Made by a program: the position numbers and the translations under genes
The notes under the pieces: model-generated
The model's input: the letters and a program-made list of their open reading frames with translations, nothing else
Database searches by the model: none
Told to the model about the DNA's origin: nothing
Part shown: positions 9,122-19,731 of the stretch, piece by piece
How the letters are laid out: every line of letters starts with the position of its first letter
Numbering within the stretch: position 1 is the stretch's first letter
From: an uncultured Terracidiphilus sp.
Lineage (GTDB): Bacteria; Acidobacteriota; Terriglobia; Terriglobales; Acidobacteriaceae
Assembly (NCBI GenBank): GCA_964452615.1
Contig: CAYVMS010000001.1
Span: 1,997-65,996 of the forward strand
Direction: 5' to 3'
Length of the DNA stretch: 64,000 bases

Positions 9122-11437
9122 ATGAATAGATTTGCAGCCCTCTGCTTCCTCATGGTGATGCCGCTCTTTTGCCAAAACAATGGTGGCGAATTACAAGTTC
9201 GAGTGACCGATCCCTCCGGTCTTGGCCTAAAAACAACCGTCCAAATCATCAGTTGGGCGAATCGGTATCGCGGTACTCTTGCAACCAGCGCTAGCGGTGA
9301 CTTGGACGTGCAGCGTTTGCCTTACGGCGTTTATGAGCTCAAAATTGAGCAGCCCGGCTTTGCCACTGAAATAGACGTGATTGAGATTCACTCGTCCCTT
9401 CCCATCGAATTCAAAATCCAGCTTAAGCTCGCTCCAGTGAATCAATCCGTAACTGTCAGAGCAATCGATACATTGACTAATCCCGATCAGGCCGGCTCTG
9501 TTAGTCAAATAGGTGCGGACTTCATCCAGGAACGGCTCGGATCGATTCCAGGCCGCGACTTGCAGGATCTGGTGAATTCGCAGCCCGGTTGGCTCTATGA
9601 AGGCAATGCAGTGCTGCACCCCCGGGGCTCGGAGTATCAGACACAGTTTGTGGTCGATGGCGTTCCCTTGACCGATAATCGTTCGCCCAGCTTCGGGCCC
9701 GAAATCGAAGCGGACACTGTGCAATCAATAAGCATTTTTACCGCAGGCTTTCCCGCGGAGTACGGCAGAAAAATGGGCGGCGTCGTCGAAGTGAACACAC
9801 TTCAGAATTCCCAGCTGGGCTTCCATGGTCAGATCGTTCTTTCGGGTGGCAGCTTCAACTCCAGTGGCGCATTCGGGAAGGGCCAATACGTCTGGGGAAG
9901 GAATACTCTTGGCGCCAGTGCAAGTGGAAGCATGACGGAACGGTATTTGAATCCTGTGGTTCCACAAAACTATTCAAATACGGGCACCCTGAGTGACGTC
10001 ACTTCAGACTACGCACGCGACCTAACGCCACATGATCGAGTCAAGCTCATCGTGCTCCATGAACTCGCCCGCTACGACATTCCAAATGAGCTGCTTCAGC
10101 AGATGGCAGGACAACGCCAAACTGGAGATAACTTTGAGACGGTAGGAATCGTTTCCTACCAGCACACTTTCTCTCTCAATGCCGAAGGCGACCTGCGCGG
10201 GATGGTTCGCGACAACTCCAACGACTTCTACTCCAACCCGCAATCAACGCCCATTATCGTTTTTCAGCATAACTGGTTTCGCGAGGGTTACTTCAAGGCG
10301 GGTGTTACGCTTGATCACCACCATAGTGAGTGGAAGGCAGGTGTTGAATCGGACAATCTCTTTCTGAATGAAAAGTTGAACTACCTGATCACTGACCCCA
10401 CACGGTTCGACAGCGGCTCTCCTCTCACATTTGCTTATCAGGCGAATCGCCCTGACTTGGAGCAATCGGGTTATGTTCAGGACCTGATTCGATTGCATAA
10501 CTGGACAATCAACGCCGGGTTGCGCTGGGACCACTATCAGTTGCTCCTCAACCAGCAGGCCTTGCAGCCGCGTCTTGCTCTGTCGCGTTATTTTCCATCA
10601 AGGGATACGGTAGTCCATTTCTCTTACGACCGGGTATTTCAAACTCCATCATTTGAAAACATCCTGCTGTCGAGCGCAGGTGCTGTTCCATCCATCGATC
10701 CCACAGGCTTTCTGAATCTTCCGGTAAAGCCCTCACAAGGCGACTACTACGAAGCAGGCTTAACGAAAGTTTTCTTCGGTCATTTGGAGATGGGAAGCAA
10801 CTATTTCAGACGGGTTGTGGACAACTATGCCGACGACAATCAGATCCTCAACACCGCGATCAGTTTTCCTATCGCCTTCCAGAAGGCAATCCTCTATGGC
10901 GCGGAGGGCAGACTGGAGGTTCCCGACTGGCATCGCTTCTCCGGTTTTGGTAGTTACTCCTACATTGTCGGAAACGTTTGGTTCCCAGTTACGGGTGGGC
11001 TCTTCTTCGGCTCCGATGCCAGTGCTGCTGCCTCCCAATTGAGCGGTCATACCCCTGGCTCACAGGACCAGCGCCATACTGTTCGTGGTCGAGTTCGCTG
11101 CCAGGTCACGTCGCGGCTTTGGACCGCCTTTGGTGCTCAATATGATACCGGCCTGCCATTCGCCTTTGACGGCGATCGGTCCACGGTGCTAGACCAGTAC
11201 GGTCAGCAAGTCCTGAATCGTATCAACTTCGCTCGTGGCCGAATTCTCCCAGCGTTTCAGGCAAACGCTTCCGTGGGAGCTGACATTTATAAATCGGAAC
11301 GCGCGAAGATGCGTTTGCAGGCTGATGGCCAGAATCTGAACAATGTTCTGGATGTGATCGATTTCGGCGGCCTGTTCTCTGGAAATGCGATTGGACCATC
11401 GAGGAACATTTCTCTGCGCCTGTCAACCGACTTTTGA
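9122..11437 (+). CDS. TonB-dependent outer-membrane receptor (carboxypeptidase-regulatory-like N-terminal domain)
   Basis: Signal peptide, plug motifs (LHPRGSEYQTQFVVDGVP, PAEYGRKMGGVV), barrel strands (GLRWDHY) and C-terminal Phe. Confidence 0.88.
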   Translation: MNRFAALCFLMVMPLFCQNNGGELQVRVTDPSGLGLKTTVQIISWANRYRGTLATSASGDLDVQRLPYGVYELKIEQPGFATEIDVIEIHSSLPIEFKIQLKLAPVNQSVTVRAIDTLTNPDQAGSVSQIGADFIQERLGSIPGRDLQDLVNSQPGWLYEGNAVLHPRGSEYQTQFVVDGVPLTDNRSPSFGPEIEADTVQSISIFTAGFPAEYGRKMGGVVEVNTLQNSQLGFHGQIVLSGGSFNSSGAFGKGQYVWGRNTLGASASGSMTERYLNPVVPQNYSNTGTLSDVTSDYARDLTPHDRVKLIVLHELARYDIPNELLQQMAGQRQTGDNFETVGIVSYQHTFSLNAEGDLRGMVRDNSNDFYSNPQSTPIIVFQHNWFREGYFKAGVTLDHHHSEWKAGVESDNLFLNEKLNYLITDPTRFDSGSPLTFAYQANRPDLEQSGYVQDLIRLHNWTINAGLRWDHYQLLLNQQALQPRLALSRYFPSRDTVVHFSYDRVFQTPSFENILLSSAGAVPSIDPTGFLNLPVKPSQGDYYEAGLTKVFFGHLEMGSNYFRRVVDNYADDNQILNTAISFPIAFQKAILYGAEGRLEVPDWHRFSGFGSYSYIVGNVWFPVTGGLFFGSDASAAASQLSGHTPGSQDQRHTVRGRVRCQVTSRLWTAFGAQYDTGLPFAFDGDRSTVLDQYGQQVLNRINFARGRILPAFQANASVGADIYKSERAKMRLQADGQNLNNVLDVIDFGGLFSGNAIGPSRNISLRLSTDF

Positions 11438-11540
11438 ATTCCAATCTCGCCAGGGCACTTCCACGGTTTCACACGCAACACGACAAGTTCTCTGGATCTC
11501 TTTCACGAGTCGGGCGCGACAGTATGCTTCCTCTGGAAAG

Positions 11541-12704
11541 TTACTGCCTGATGCGAAAGATCCCGGTCACGACAGCGCTGTCTTTTCTCCCTGCCACGCT
11601 GGCAAACGACTTGATGGTGAGTTCCGTTCCCTTCACCATAATCGGTGCGCGATACACAGCCGAACTGGCGACCGGCTGAGAGCCGTCAACCGTAAAGTGA
11701 ATCGTTGCGCCCTGTGTGTTGCACCGTAGAATTACCGTCGTATCCCCTGTAAATACGCCCGGCTTGGGAAAGTATGAGGGCTCAGCGGTCATGCCAACCC
11801 GTTCGTCTGCTGTGTCAGCCAGCCTATCGGGGGCCGGTGCATCGGAAGCAGGCTTGCCTGCAGTGTTTACCAGCCTGGGGGTCGGCGGCTTCGCGCTCAG
11901 CATGAGCGATTCCAGATAAGCCCGCTGAAAATCATGGATCGGCCATCCATAGTAATCGCTATTCCATTCATCCATCAGCGCCTTGGCGTCCTGGAAGGAC
12001 TTCTTAAAGCTCGCTGCTTTTGCGGGCCCGACCGCCGCGATGAAGAGATCAATGCGCGGCGTATTCAGATCGTCAGTGATGGTCAGGTCGTAGAGGCCGG
12101 AAGACGGAAACACAAGGGTGATAAAGGGCGCCTTCTTCTCTATAGCGAGATGAAGCTGGCGTGGAAATGCATGATCAAGCTGTTGCAGGTCGTAGGTATA
12201 GCGACCGTCGGAGAGTTTTCCAGCCAGGCCAGCGACGTCGGCTCGGTTGTCGGGACCAAGCACGGCCACTGCCTCGTCGCGTGGCAAGAGTGACGACTGC
12301 TGAGTGCTGGATTCGGGTGATAAATTGCGCTTTCCGTCGGCCAGCACCGCATGAATGCGCGCCAGCATTTCGACAGCGAGCGGTTCGGGCGTGCGATAGA
12401 GCGAAGGGACCCTAAACCCGCGCGCGCAGTCTTGAGTAGTGAAGCACTCATAGAGAATGCGTTGGCCATCCGGCAGCAAAACGGTGATCGAGTGACTGGA
12501 GTCCCCTTCGCCCGGCTGTAAAAGCGACCCAGGCTCTACAGAATCACCGGTGAGAATTGGAGATCCCATGCCCTTCACCTGCCACGTACCCCGCACTCGC
12601 CAGGCGACACCTAGAGCAGCCCCACTGGCTCTTTGAGCCCAAAGCGAAGTTGCGGGCAGCGCCAACAACGACAGACAGATAAGGACGCGCCTGGAAAGGA
12701 TCAT
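11541..12704 (-). CDS. Secreted protein with C-terminal chitobiase/beta-hexosaminidase C-terminal (Fn3-associated) domain
   Basis: Signal peptide MILSRRVLICLSLLALPATSLWA; C-terminal PKPGVF..GATIHFTVDGSQP..YRAPI motif. Confidence 0.72.
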   Translation of the reverse strand: MILSRRVLICLSLLALPATSLWAQRASGAALGVAWRVRGTWQVKGMGSPILTGDSVEPGSLLQPGEGDSSHSITVLLPDGQRILYECFTTQDCARGFRVPSLYRTPEPLAVEMLARIHAVLADGKRNLSPESSTQQSSLLPRDEAVAVLGPDNRADVAGLAGKLSDGRYTYDLQQLDHAFPRQLHLAIEKKAPFITLVFPSSGLYDLTITDDLNTPRIDLFIAAVGPAKAASFKKSFQDAKALMDEWNSDYYGWPIHDFQRAYLESLMLSAKPPTPRLVNTAGKPASDAPAPDRLADTADERVGMTAEPSYFPKPGVFTGDTTVILRCNTQGATIHFTVDGSQPVASSAVYRAPIMVKGTELTIKSFASVAGRKDSAVVTGIFRIRQ

Positions 12705-13090
12705 TGCGCTGCCTAGACCTTGAAAGGTGAATATGTTTTTTGACCTTGAACACATATTGCATATATTGCCTCAACAGCGTCCTAAAGTCGATAAGTCGAT
12801 TTGCGAGCAACCAAATCGCCTCAGGTTGCCATCGAACCTATCAGCCTGGGGGCTTGAATTTTCGGGGAAACTCCACTTCTTCATCTCTGCACTACTGTTG
12901 CTCGACCAGTCTGCACGGCTAGGTCACTAGATTAGGTGTGACAGGACCGGCTCACCTGGCCGTCGATTGCAACCGGCATAAACAGGCTCTCAACTCGGCC
13001 CATAGCCGTGTTGTACAGCTCGGTTTCGGACCGCATCTGCTCGACGGGACAACTTAGCGTGTCACTCATTGCGTTGGGGAGGTGCTCTGA

Positions 13091-16000
13091 ATGTTTAAGC
13101 ATTTCAGCTTTTTCCGTTCTGTCGCCCAGCCTTTGGCTTCTGCCACCGACAAGCCGCTCACGAAGTCTGCCGGCCTCGGTCCGCTGTTATTGGCTTTGCT
13201 GTGCGCGACGGCCGAGAGCATCGGGGGCCAGACTCCCACCCCGGTCACGGTGCCTACCTGGCGCTATGACTTGACGCATGCGGGGCAGAACACCAGCGAG
13301 ACTGCCTTGACGCCCACCAACGTGAATACGAGTTCCTTTGGCAAGCTGTTCTCGTTGCCGGTGGATAGAACAGTGTATGCACAGCCGCTGTATGTGCCCG
13401 GGCTGACGATGAGCGACGGCCTGGTCCACAATGTCCTGTTTGTTGCCACGGAAAATGACTCGATTTACGCCTTCGACGCGGATTCAAACGGCGGTGCGAA
13501 TGCGAATCCAATCTGGCAAGTCAGCTTGCTCACTGCCGCACACGGAGCGGGTGCGGGAGCGACATCGGTACCGTGGGAAGACTCAGGTTCGCCGGACGTT
13601 GCTCCAACAGTCGGCGTCACCGGAACACCGACGATTAATCCTGCAACGAATACTCTCTATGTGGTGGCCGCGACCAAGGAGAATGGCATTTACTTCTCCC
13701 GGTTGCATGCCATCAACATTCTTACCGGTGCGGAACAACCGAACAGTCCTGTGGAGATTACAGCAACGGTGGCGGGCACCGGCAATGGCAGTTCAGGCGG
13801 GAAACTGACTTTCAGCCCATTGTGGGAGAATCAGCGAACTGCACTGAATTACTACAATGGGTATGTCTATTTCGGATACGGTGCGCATGGAGACAACGGA
13901 CCGTGGCATGGTTGGTTGTTTGCCTATAACGCCACCACGCTGGCGCAGAGCGCGGTGGTATGCCTGTCGCCCAATGGGTATGGCTCCGGAGTGTGGGAAG
14001 CGGGCGCAGGCATGCCGATCGACGAGGACGCAGCAGGCGGACGGATGTTTTTGGCAACCGGCAATGGCACCCACTCGGCCTATCCGCCGCTCAGTGCAAC
14101 CACCGAACTTGGCGAAAGCATCGTAGACTTCAATCTAGCAAATGGCGGACTAACGCTTGCAGATTCGTTTACGGCGTTTAACTATCAGACGCTAAATGAT
14201 GCCGACCTGGACGTGGGGTCGGGCGGAGTTCTGATGGTGCCGGACCAGCCGGGAGCGTACCCTCATATTCTGGTTCAGTCCGGCAAAGAGGGGCGAATTG
14301 TGGTTCTGAACCGAGACCAACTCGGCGGGTATGCCGCCGCGGGAGGTTCATCCAACACCAATGCGCTCCAGGACATCGACAACGCAATCAAAGGGCTATG
14401 GAGCACGCCAGCCTACTGGAACGGCAATGTCTACATTTGGGGCGACGGCGATGTACCGAAACTGTTCAAATTAAACAGCGGTGTGATGGACACTGTACCG
14501 TCGAGTCAGTCACCCATCACGTCGGCATTTCCAAGCCCATCTTTTTCTGTGTCGTCCAATGGCACACAGGATGGCATTGCATGGGCGGTACGCTCAGACC
14601 AGTTTAACACCCATGGAGCGGCAGTGTTGTACGCCTGGAGCGCAGCCGATCTTACGACTCCGCTCTATGAGAGCGACACCAACTCCAAACGCGATGCTGC
14701 CGGGGCCGCCAACAAGTTCTCCATCCCGATGGTGACGAATGGCAAAGTGTACGTTGCGGCCAACGGACAAGTGGATGTATACGGGCTCTTCAACGGGGAG
14801 CCAAATGCAGTCGCGCCCGTAATTACCCCGGATGGTGGCACATTTTCCGCTAGCCAGAGCGTTACCCTTTCCACCACGACCGCCTCCGCGGAAATCTATT
14901 ACACGCTGGATGGCTCAGCGCCAACACCTGCATCGACGCTCTATACAGGTCCGATCACAATCAGTACGGATACCACCGTTAAGGCGATTGCGAGCGCGGT
15001 CGGCTACATTCAGAGTGGAGTCAGCAGCGCCATCTTCACCTTCACGACCCAAACGCCGCCCGTCGGCTTCCTGCCGGCCGGTGGCACCTATTTAGCCGCG
15101 CAACAGGTCACCATCTCGGATGCGGATACGAACGCAGAGATTTACTACACGACGGATGGATCGGCTCCATCGTCTTCCTCAAACCTTTACTCCGGGCCGA
15201 TCCAAATCTCGGTTTCAGAGACGATCAACGCAATCGCCATCGACCCCAGCTTGCAGAACAGTAACGTCGGAACTGCGGCCTACATAATCCAGCCAGGAGG
15301 AGCGTCAATCAATTTCGGAAGCGGATTTTCTTCCACGGCGGGCCTGACTTTGAATGGCAACGCCGTAGCCACCAACGACACCCGGTTACAGTTGACCAAC
15401 GGCGGTTTGGATCAGGCCGGGAGCGTCTTTTGGAATGCACCAATCGGGATCCAAGCATTCACGACAGACTTTGAGTTTCAGCTATCGCTGGCCCAGGGAA
15501 ACGGCTTTACCTTTACCATTCAGAATGTTGGGCCGACAGCTCTCGGTGGGAATTCTGCCGGGCTCGGCTATCAGGGCATTGGAACGAGTGTCGCCATCAA
15601 GTTCAACTTCTACAACTACCAGGGAGAGGGAAACGACTCGACCGGTGTATATACCAATGGGCAACCGCCGACGCTCCCAACCATTGACCTGACCCCAAGC
15701 GGAATAGAACTGGCTAGCGGAGATTCCATATTGGCGCACGTTACTTATGACGGAACAACGCTGACTCTGAATCTTCTGGACTTGGTAACAAACGACACAT
15801 TTACGATGTCAGATGTTATTAACATTCCACAGACTGTGGGCGCTAATACCGCCTACGTTGGCTTTACGGGAGGTTCGGGAGGACTTTCAGCGAGCCAAAA
15901 GATCCTGACCTGGACTTACTCTACTCAATCTGTGCCCCCCACCTTCGCGCCAGCGGCAGGCGCCTACAGCGCGGCGCAGAGCGTAGCCTTGAGCAGCGCA

Positions 16001-17041
16001 ACCGCGGACGCCGCGATCCATTACACCACAGACGGAACTGCGCCCACCGCTGCGTCGACGCTCTATTCGAGTTCGATCGCGGTCGCTGCGTCGGAAACGA
16101 TCGAGGCCATCGCCATCAGCCCCACTCAGGGCAGCAGCATTGTCGAGAGCGCTGCCTATGTAATCCAGTCTTCAGTATCTGGAGGCACATTCTCATTGAG
16201 TTCCACCCCGGTGACAGCCCTTGTTCAGGGAGGCTCAGCCACCTCGACCGTCACCATCACTCCAATTGGCGGCTTTGCGGGCAGCGTCGCCCTCACGTGC
16301 GCAGTCGTCTCCAACGCATTGGGTGCGGTCAACATACCCACCTGCACTGCCACCCAGCCACCTGCTGTTTCGGGAACGGGCTCAGTAACCGCGACGCTTA
16401 CCATCAACACTCAGGCAACAACCAGTCCAGGGCTCTATACGGCGACAGTGACAGGTAACTCAGCAAGCATGACCGTCTCAACCAACCTCGCAATGTCAGT
16501 CGCCGGCCCAAGTGGAACGGCCAGCTTTACGCTAAGTGCCACGCCAATCAGCATCGCGTCGCCGGCAACAAGCGCCACTTCGACCATAACAATTATGCCA
16601 AGCGGAGGCTTCACAGGGAACGTGGCACTCGCCTGTGCTGTCACCGCCAGTCCGTCGGGAGCTGTTAATGCGCCCACCTGCTCGGCCTCGCAGCCTGCGG
16701 TCATCTCAGTAGCGGCGGCAGTAACGGCAACGCTGACCATCAATACTACGGCGGGATCAACCGCCTCGCTACGCCACCCGCCGCAGCGAGTCTTCTTCCT
16801 CGGCGGAGGAACGCTTGCAGCGCTGCTCTTCTTCTGCCTGCCGACCCGCCGGCGCAAGTGGCAGACACTTTTTAGCCTGCTGCTCTTCTTGGCCGTCGCC
16901 GCATCAGCCACAGGATGCGCTGTAAATAAGGGGATCGATTCGCCCAGTGGGGGAACAACCGTCGGGAGCTATTTGGTTACAGTGACGGGCACCAGTGGTT
17001 CGATCAATGCGACTACCATTGTGAATGTCACAGTAGAGTGA
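13091..17041 (+). CDS. Large surface protein: PQQ-like beta-propeller, three chitobiase-C-terminal repeats, legume-lectin-like domain, two Ig-like repeats and a hydrophobic hairpin with internal lipobox
   Basis: WRYDLTHAGQN..FGKLFS..YAQPLYV N-terminus; IYYTxDGSAP repeats; FTTDFEFQ..GFTF and AYVGFTGGSG lectin motifs; GGGGAGG RBS. Confidence 0.85.
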   Translation: MFKHFSFFRSVAQPLASATDKPLTKSAGLGPLLLALLCATAESIGGQTPTPVTVPTWRYDLTHAGQNTSETALTPTNVNTSSFGKLFSLPVDRTVYAQPLYVPGLTMSDGLVHNVLFVATENDSIYAFDADSNGGANANPIWQVSLLTAAHGAGAGATSVPWEDSGSPDVAPTVGVTGTPTINPATNTLYVVAATKENGIYFSRLHAINILTGAEQPNSPVEITATVAGTGNGSSGGKLTFSPLWENQRTALNYYNGYVYFGYGAHGDNGPWHGWLFAYNATTLAQSAVVCLSPNGYGSGVWEAGAGMPIDEDAAGGRMFLATGNGTHSAYPPLSATTELGESIVDFNLANGGLTLADSFTAFNYQTLNDADLDVGSGGVLMVPDQPGAYPHILVQSGKEGRIVVLNRDQLGGYAAAGGSSNTNALQDIDNAIKGLWSTPAYWNGNVYIWGDGDVPKLFKLNSGVMDTVPSSQSPITSAFPSPSFSVSSNGTQDGIAWAVRSDQFNTHGAAVLYAWSAADLTTPLYESDTNSKRDAAGAANKFSIPMVTNGKVYVAANGQVDVYGLFNGEPNAVAPVITPDGGTFSASQSVTLSTTTASAEIYYTLDGSAPTPASTLYTGPITISTDTTVKAIASAVGYIQSGVSSAIFTFTTQTPPVGFLPAGGTYLAAQQVTISDADTNAEIYYTTDGSAPSSSSNLYSGPIQISVSETINAIAIDPSLQNSNVGTAAYIIQPGGASINFGSGFSSTAGLTLNGNAVATNDTRLQLTNGGLDQAGSVFWNAPIGIQAFTTDFEFQLSLAQGNGFTFTIQNVGPTALGGNSAGLGYQGIGTSVAIKFNFYNYQGEGNDSTGVYTNGQPPTLPTIDLTPSGIELASGDSILAHVTYDGTTLTLNLLDLVTNDTFTMSDVINIPQTVGANTAYVGFTGGSGGLSASQKILTWTYSTQSVPPTFAPAAGAYSAAQSVALSSATADAAIHYTTDGTAPTAASTLYSSSIAVAASETIEAIAISPTQGSSIVESAAYVIQSSVSGGTFSLSSTPVTALVQGGSATSTVTITPIGGFAGSVALTCAVVSNALGAVNIPTCTATQPPAVSGTGSVTATLTINTQATTSPGLYTATVTGNSASMTVSTNLAMSVAGPSGTASFTLSATPISIASPATSATSTITIMPSGGFTGNVALACAVTASPSGAVNAPTCSASQPAVISVAAAVTATLTINTTAGSTASLRHPPQRVFFLGGGTLAALLFFCLPTRRRKWQTLFSLLLFLAVAASATGCAVNKGIDSPSGGTTVGSYLVTVTGTSGSINATTIVNVTVE

Positions 17042-17602
17042 GCAGGAGCTGCATTGGCTCAGCACGATGTAAGTAACCCTGTCGACAACCGTATGATCGA
17101 ATCCACTTCGATTCGCGGCTGCCGCGGGGTTTTCTTTGGTCTGCCGCAAGGGTGCGGACGCCAGAGCAAAACTCACTGCAATCAAGCATCAATGATCGTC
17201 AACGTTTTATAACTTGGGAGGTAAGTTAACTAAAACTCCTGAGCCCCCTGCAAAATTTCTTCGAAACTGCAAAATGTGTCACGGCACGACTCTAGCTGTG
17301 CCGCTAATCGTCCAATTTCAACGCGTGCTTTAGCCCCTGACCTAATGATGGATTGCTATTATGACTTCTTCCTTTAAAGTGACATAAGCCGAATCTATCA
17401 ACTAATGCTTGCGTGATCATTAGCGATTCACTGTCCCCGTTGCCATAGCGAGAGATTCACTCCATCTTGAAGAAAGTCTAAATACGTACGGTGCATAGAT
17501 AATGACAGCCGTCTCGCGCCCGAGCAACGAAAAAACCGATAAACAGTACTTTAACTTCGTAAGTTCAATCAGTTACCTCACTGATCATGGCCACCATCTC
17601 TG

Positions 17603-17645
17603 TGTGATATGGGTCACATTTACTCCATGAGTATCGAGCTATTCT
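17603..17645 (+). promoter_or_regulatory. CRP-type site with class II promoter geometry upstream of the 17793 gene
   Basis: Perfect TGTGA-tatggg-TCACA (17603-17618); a -10-like TATTCT at 17640-17645 would centre the site at -41.5. Confidence 0.6.
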
Positions 17646-17792
17646 GCTCTTAACGATTCTGAGGAATGCGAATCTGGAAGGTCCATTAAAGAAGATGGGG
17701 AGAGCCCTTCTAGGGCGGAGCCTGTTCATTTAAGCACTTGGATCTCGCAAGCCTGAATACGCGCGCCCGGAGAAACCGCTCGAGGCGATTAC

Positions 17793-19055
17793 ATGAATTC
17801 TGTTCTTACTACCCTCCTAACACTTTCCATTTTCGCGGCCTCTGCCGGGGCCAATGCCATCACCGTAACAACTCCTGTAAACGGAGCTCAGGTGACCTCA
17901 CCCTTCAAGCTGACAGCAAGCGCAACGACTTGCGACTCAAAGCCCGCAGTTTCAATGGGCTATTCGATAGATAGCAGTGCCAACACGACCGTTGTGAAGG
18001 CTCGATCCGTACAAGCTGTAGTTGTGGCTCCGACGGGAGCACACATCCTGCATGTCAAGGCATGGGGGAGCGGGACTTCATGCGTAACCAATGTCACTAT
18101 CAAGGTCGTTTCCGCAACCGTCGCCACAACCGTCGCCACACCCGCATTTTCATTGGCGGCTGGATCATATTCATCTGCGCAGTCGGTGTCGTTGTCTGAC
18201 GCAACGACCGGCGCAACCATTTACTACACCACCAACGGAACAGCGCCGTCGACTTCCTCGACTGAATACACGGGGGCAATCTCGGTCAGCGAATCCGAAG
18301 AGATCGAAGCGATTGCTGTTGTTCCTGGCCATACGAACAGCGGCGTGGCCACGTCGAGCTACATCATTGCGCCAATCCCGCCAGCCAAACCTACAACTCC
18401 TGCCATTCCTGCGGATGCCATCGCATCAACAAACTTGCAACTGCTCGATACGTGGCATTTCGAGCACGACGCAGGCACGCCCGGCACGGCGGTTGGGGCA
18501 ACAAGTATAGTTACCACACCGTCGATCAGCAGCAACTCGCGCCAGTTTTCAACCAGCTACACAGGTGAGGGTGGTGTGAGATACAGCATAGCTTACGCGA
18601 GCGACACCACCTCAGAGAACTTCCTCTATGACAACTGGGTGTGGATTGAGGCCGGGAGTTCCGTTTCTAACCTCGAAATGGATTCTAATCAGGTCACGGC
18701 CAATGGGCAAACGGTAATTTACGCGTTTCAGTGCAGTGGGTATACCGGCACGTGGGAATACAGCGGCGCAGGGGCCAAATGGGTATCCTCCTCGCAACCT
18801 TGTAACCCATCGAATTGGCAGACTAACGTCTGGCATCACGTTCAGATCAGCTACTCTCGGGATAACTCCGGGGATGTCACTTATCATTCCGTATGGTTGG
18901 ATGGCAACGAGCAGGTGATCGACGAAACTGTACCGTCGTCCTTCGCGTTGGGATGGAAGGTAGGAGATGTAAACACTCAGTTTCAGGTTGATGGTATTGG
19001 TGAGAGCGGGTCGTCAGTCTTGTACGTGGATAACTTGACCATCTATCGCTGGTAA
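17793..19055 (+). CDS. Secreted Ig-like + chitobiase-C-terminal + concanavalin/LamG-like domain protein
   Basis: Signal peptide; GAHILHVKAW Ig strand; IYYTTNGTAP; C-terminal WHHVQISY..VWLDG jelly-roll pattern. Confidence 0.8.
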   Translation: MNSVLTTLLTLSIFAASAGANAITVTTPVNGAQVTSPFKLTASATTCDSKPAVSMGYSIDSSANTTVVKARSVQAVVVAPTGAHILHVKAWGSGTSCVTNVTIKVVSATVATTVATPAFSLAAGSYSSAQSVSLSDATTGATIYYTTNGTAPSTSSTEYTGAISVSESEEIEAIAVVPGHTNSGVATSSYIIAPIPPAKPTTPAIPADAIASTNLQLLDTWHFEHDAGTPGTAVGATSIVTTPSISSNSRQFSTSYTGEGGVRYSIAYASDTTSENFLYDNWVWIEAGSSVSNLEMDSNQVTANGQTVIYAFQCSGYTGTWEYSGAGAKWVSSSQPCNPSNWQTNVWHHVQISYSRDNSGDVTYHSVWLDGNEQVIDETVPSSFALGWKVGDVNTQFQVDGIGESGSSVLYVDNLTIYRW

Positions 19056-19164
19056 CCCTGAAGATCGGGAACTCTAGCGGCCCCATCGATGCAGGGCTCG
19101 CGCTGATCAGGTCAATAGCGAGGCACTTATGAGGCACACGGGCCGCACTGAAACTTCATAGTAA

Positions 19165-19208
19165 GCACCAGCGGCTTGTCGGAAAAAGACAAGCTGCTGG
19201 TGTTTTTT
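19165..19208 (+). terminator. Intrinsic terminator
   Basis: GCACCAGCGGCTTGTC / GACAAGCTGCTGGTGT stem followed by a T run, downstream of 17793-19055. Confidence 0.75.
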
Positions 19209-19731
19209 GGTAGGTTCACCGCCTGCAGCATAGTCAAAAGCAAACGAATAAAGCATAAGGCTCACTTTTATTGCGCCTGAGGTAAAAGTGGGCAGTTCTT
19301 ACACGATACTGCGTGAAGTATTTACACGTTGCAAGTAATCATTTCCAGGTTGCCCATGATCGGATGTTTTTCCCGACCTGCTCAAATAAAAAGGTTGTCG
19401 TCTTTGATAAAACATGAAACTATTGCGTATTGCTTTTCAAGAGTTGCCGGCCGGTCAGAGCCTTAGCCTAAGCGGGACGAAATGACGAGAAAATACCCGC
19501 ATCATGGAATCTCCCTTTAGCTTCTCGGGCTTGACCGGAATTAGTTCGGCCGCGCAGCATTACGTCACTGTGACCGCCGACATTACGATTAGAGGTTGCT
19601 GAGCTGTTAGGCGTTAGCGTTTTGTTCCGCTCAGAACAGCCCACTCACATCCGCGAACGTCTCCGGCTCCTCCATCAAAAGAGCAAGTATGGAGTTGCGC
19701 TTAATAACGCCTACCATTGCAAAGGAGTTCT

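Noticed and set aside
19569-19584. CRP-like site upstream of the 19732 paralogue
   Set aside because: Only the TGTGA half matches; spacing and second half-site are poor.
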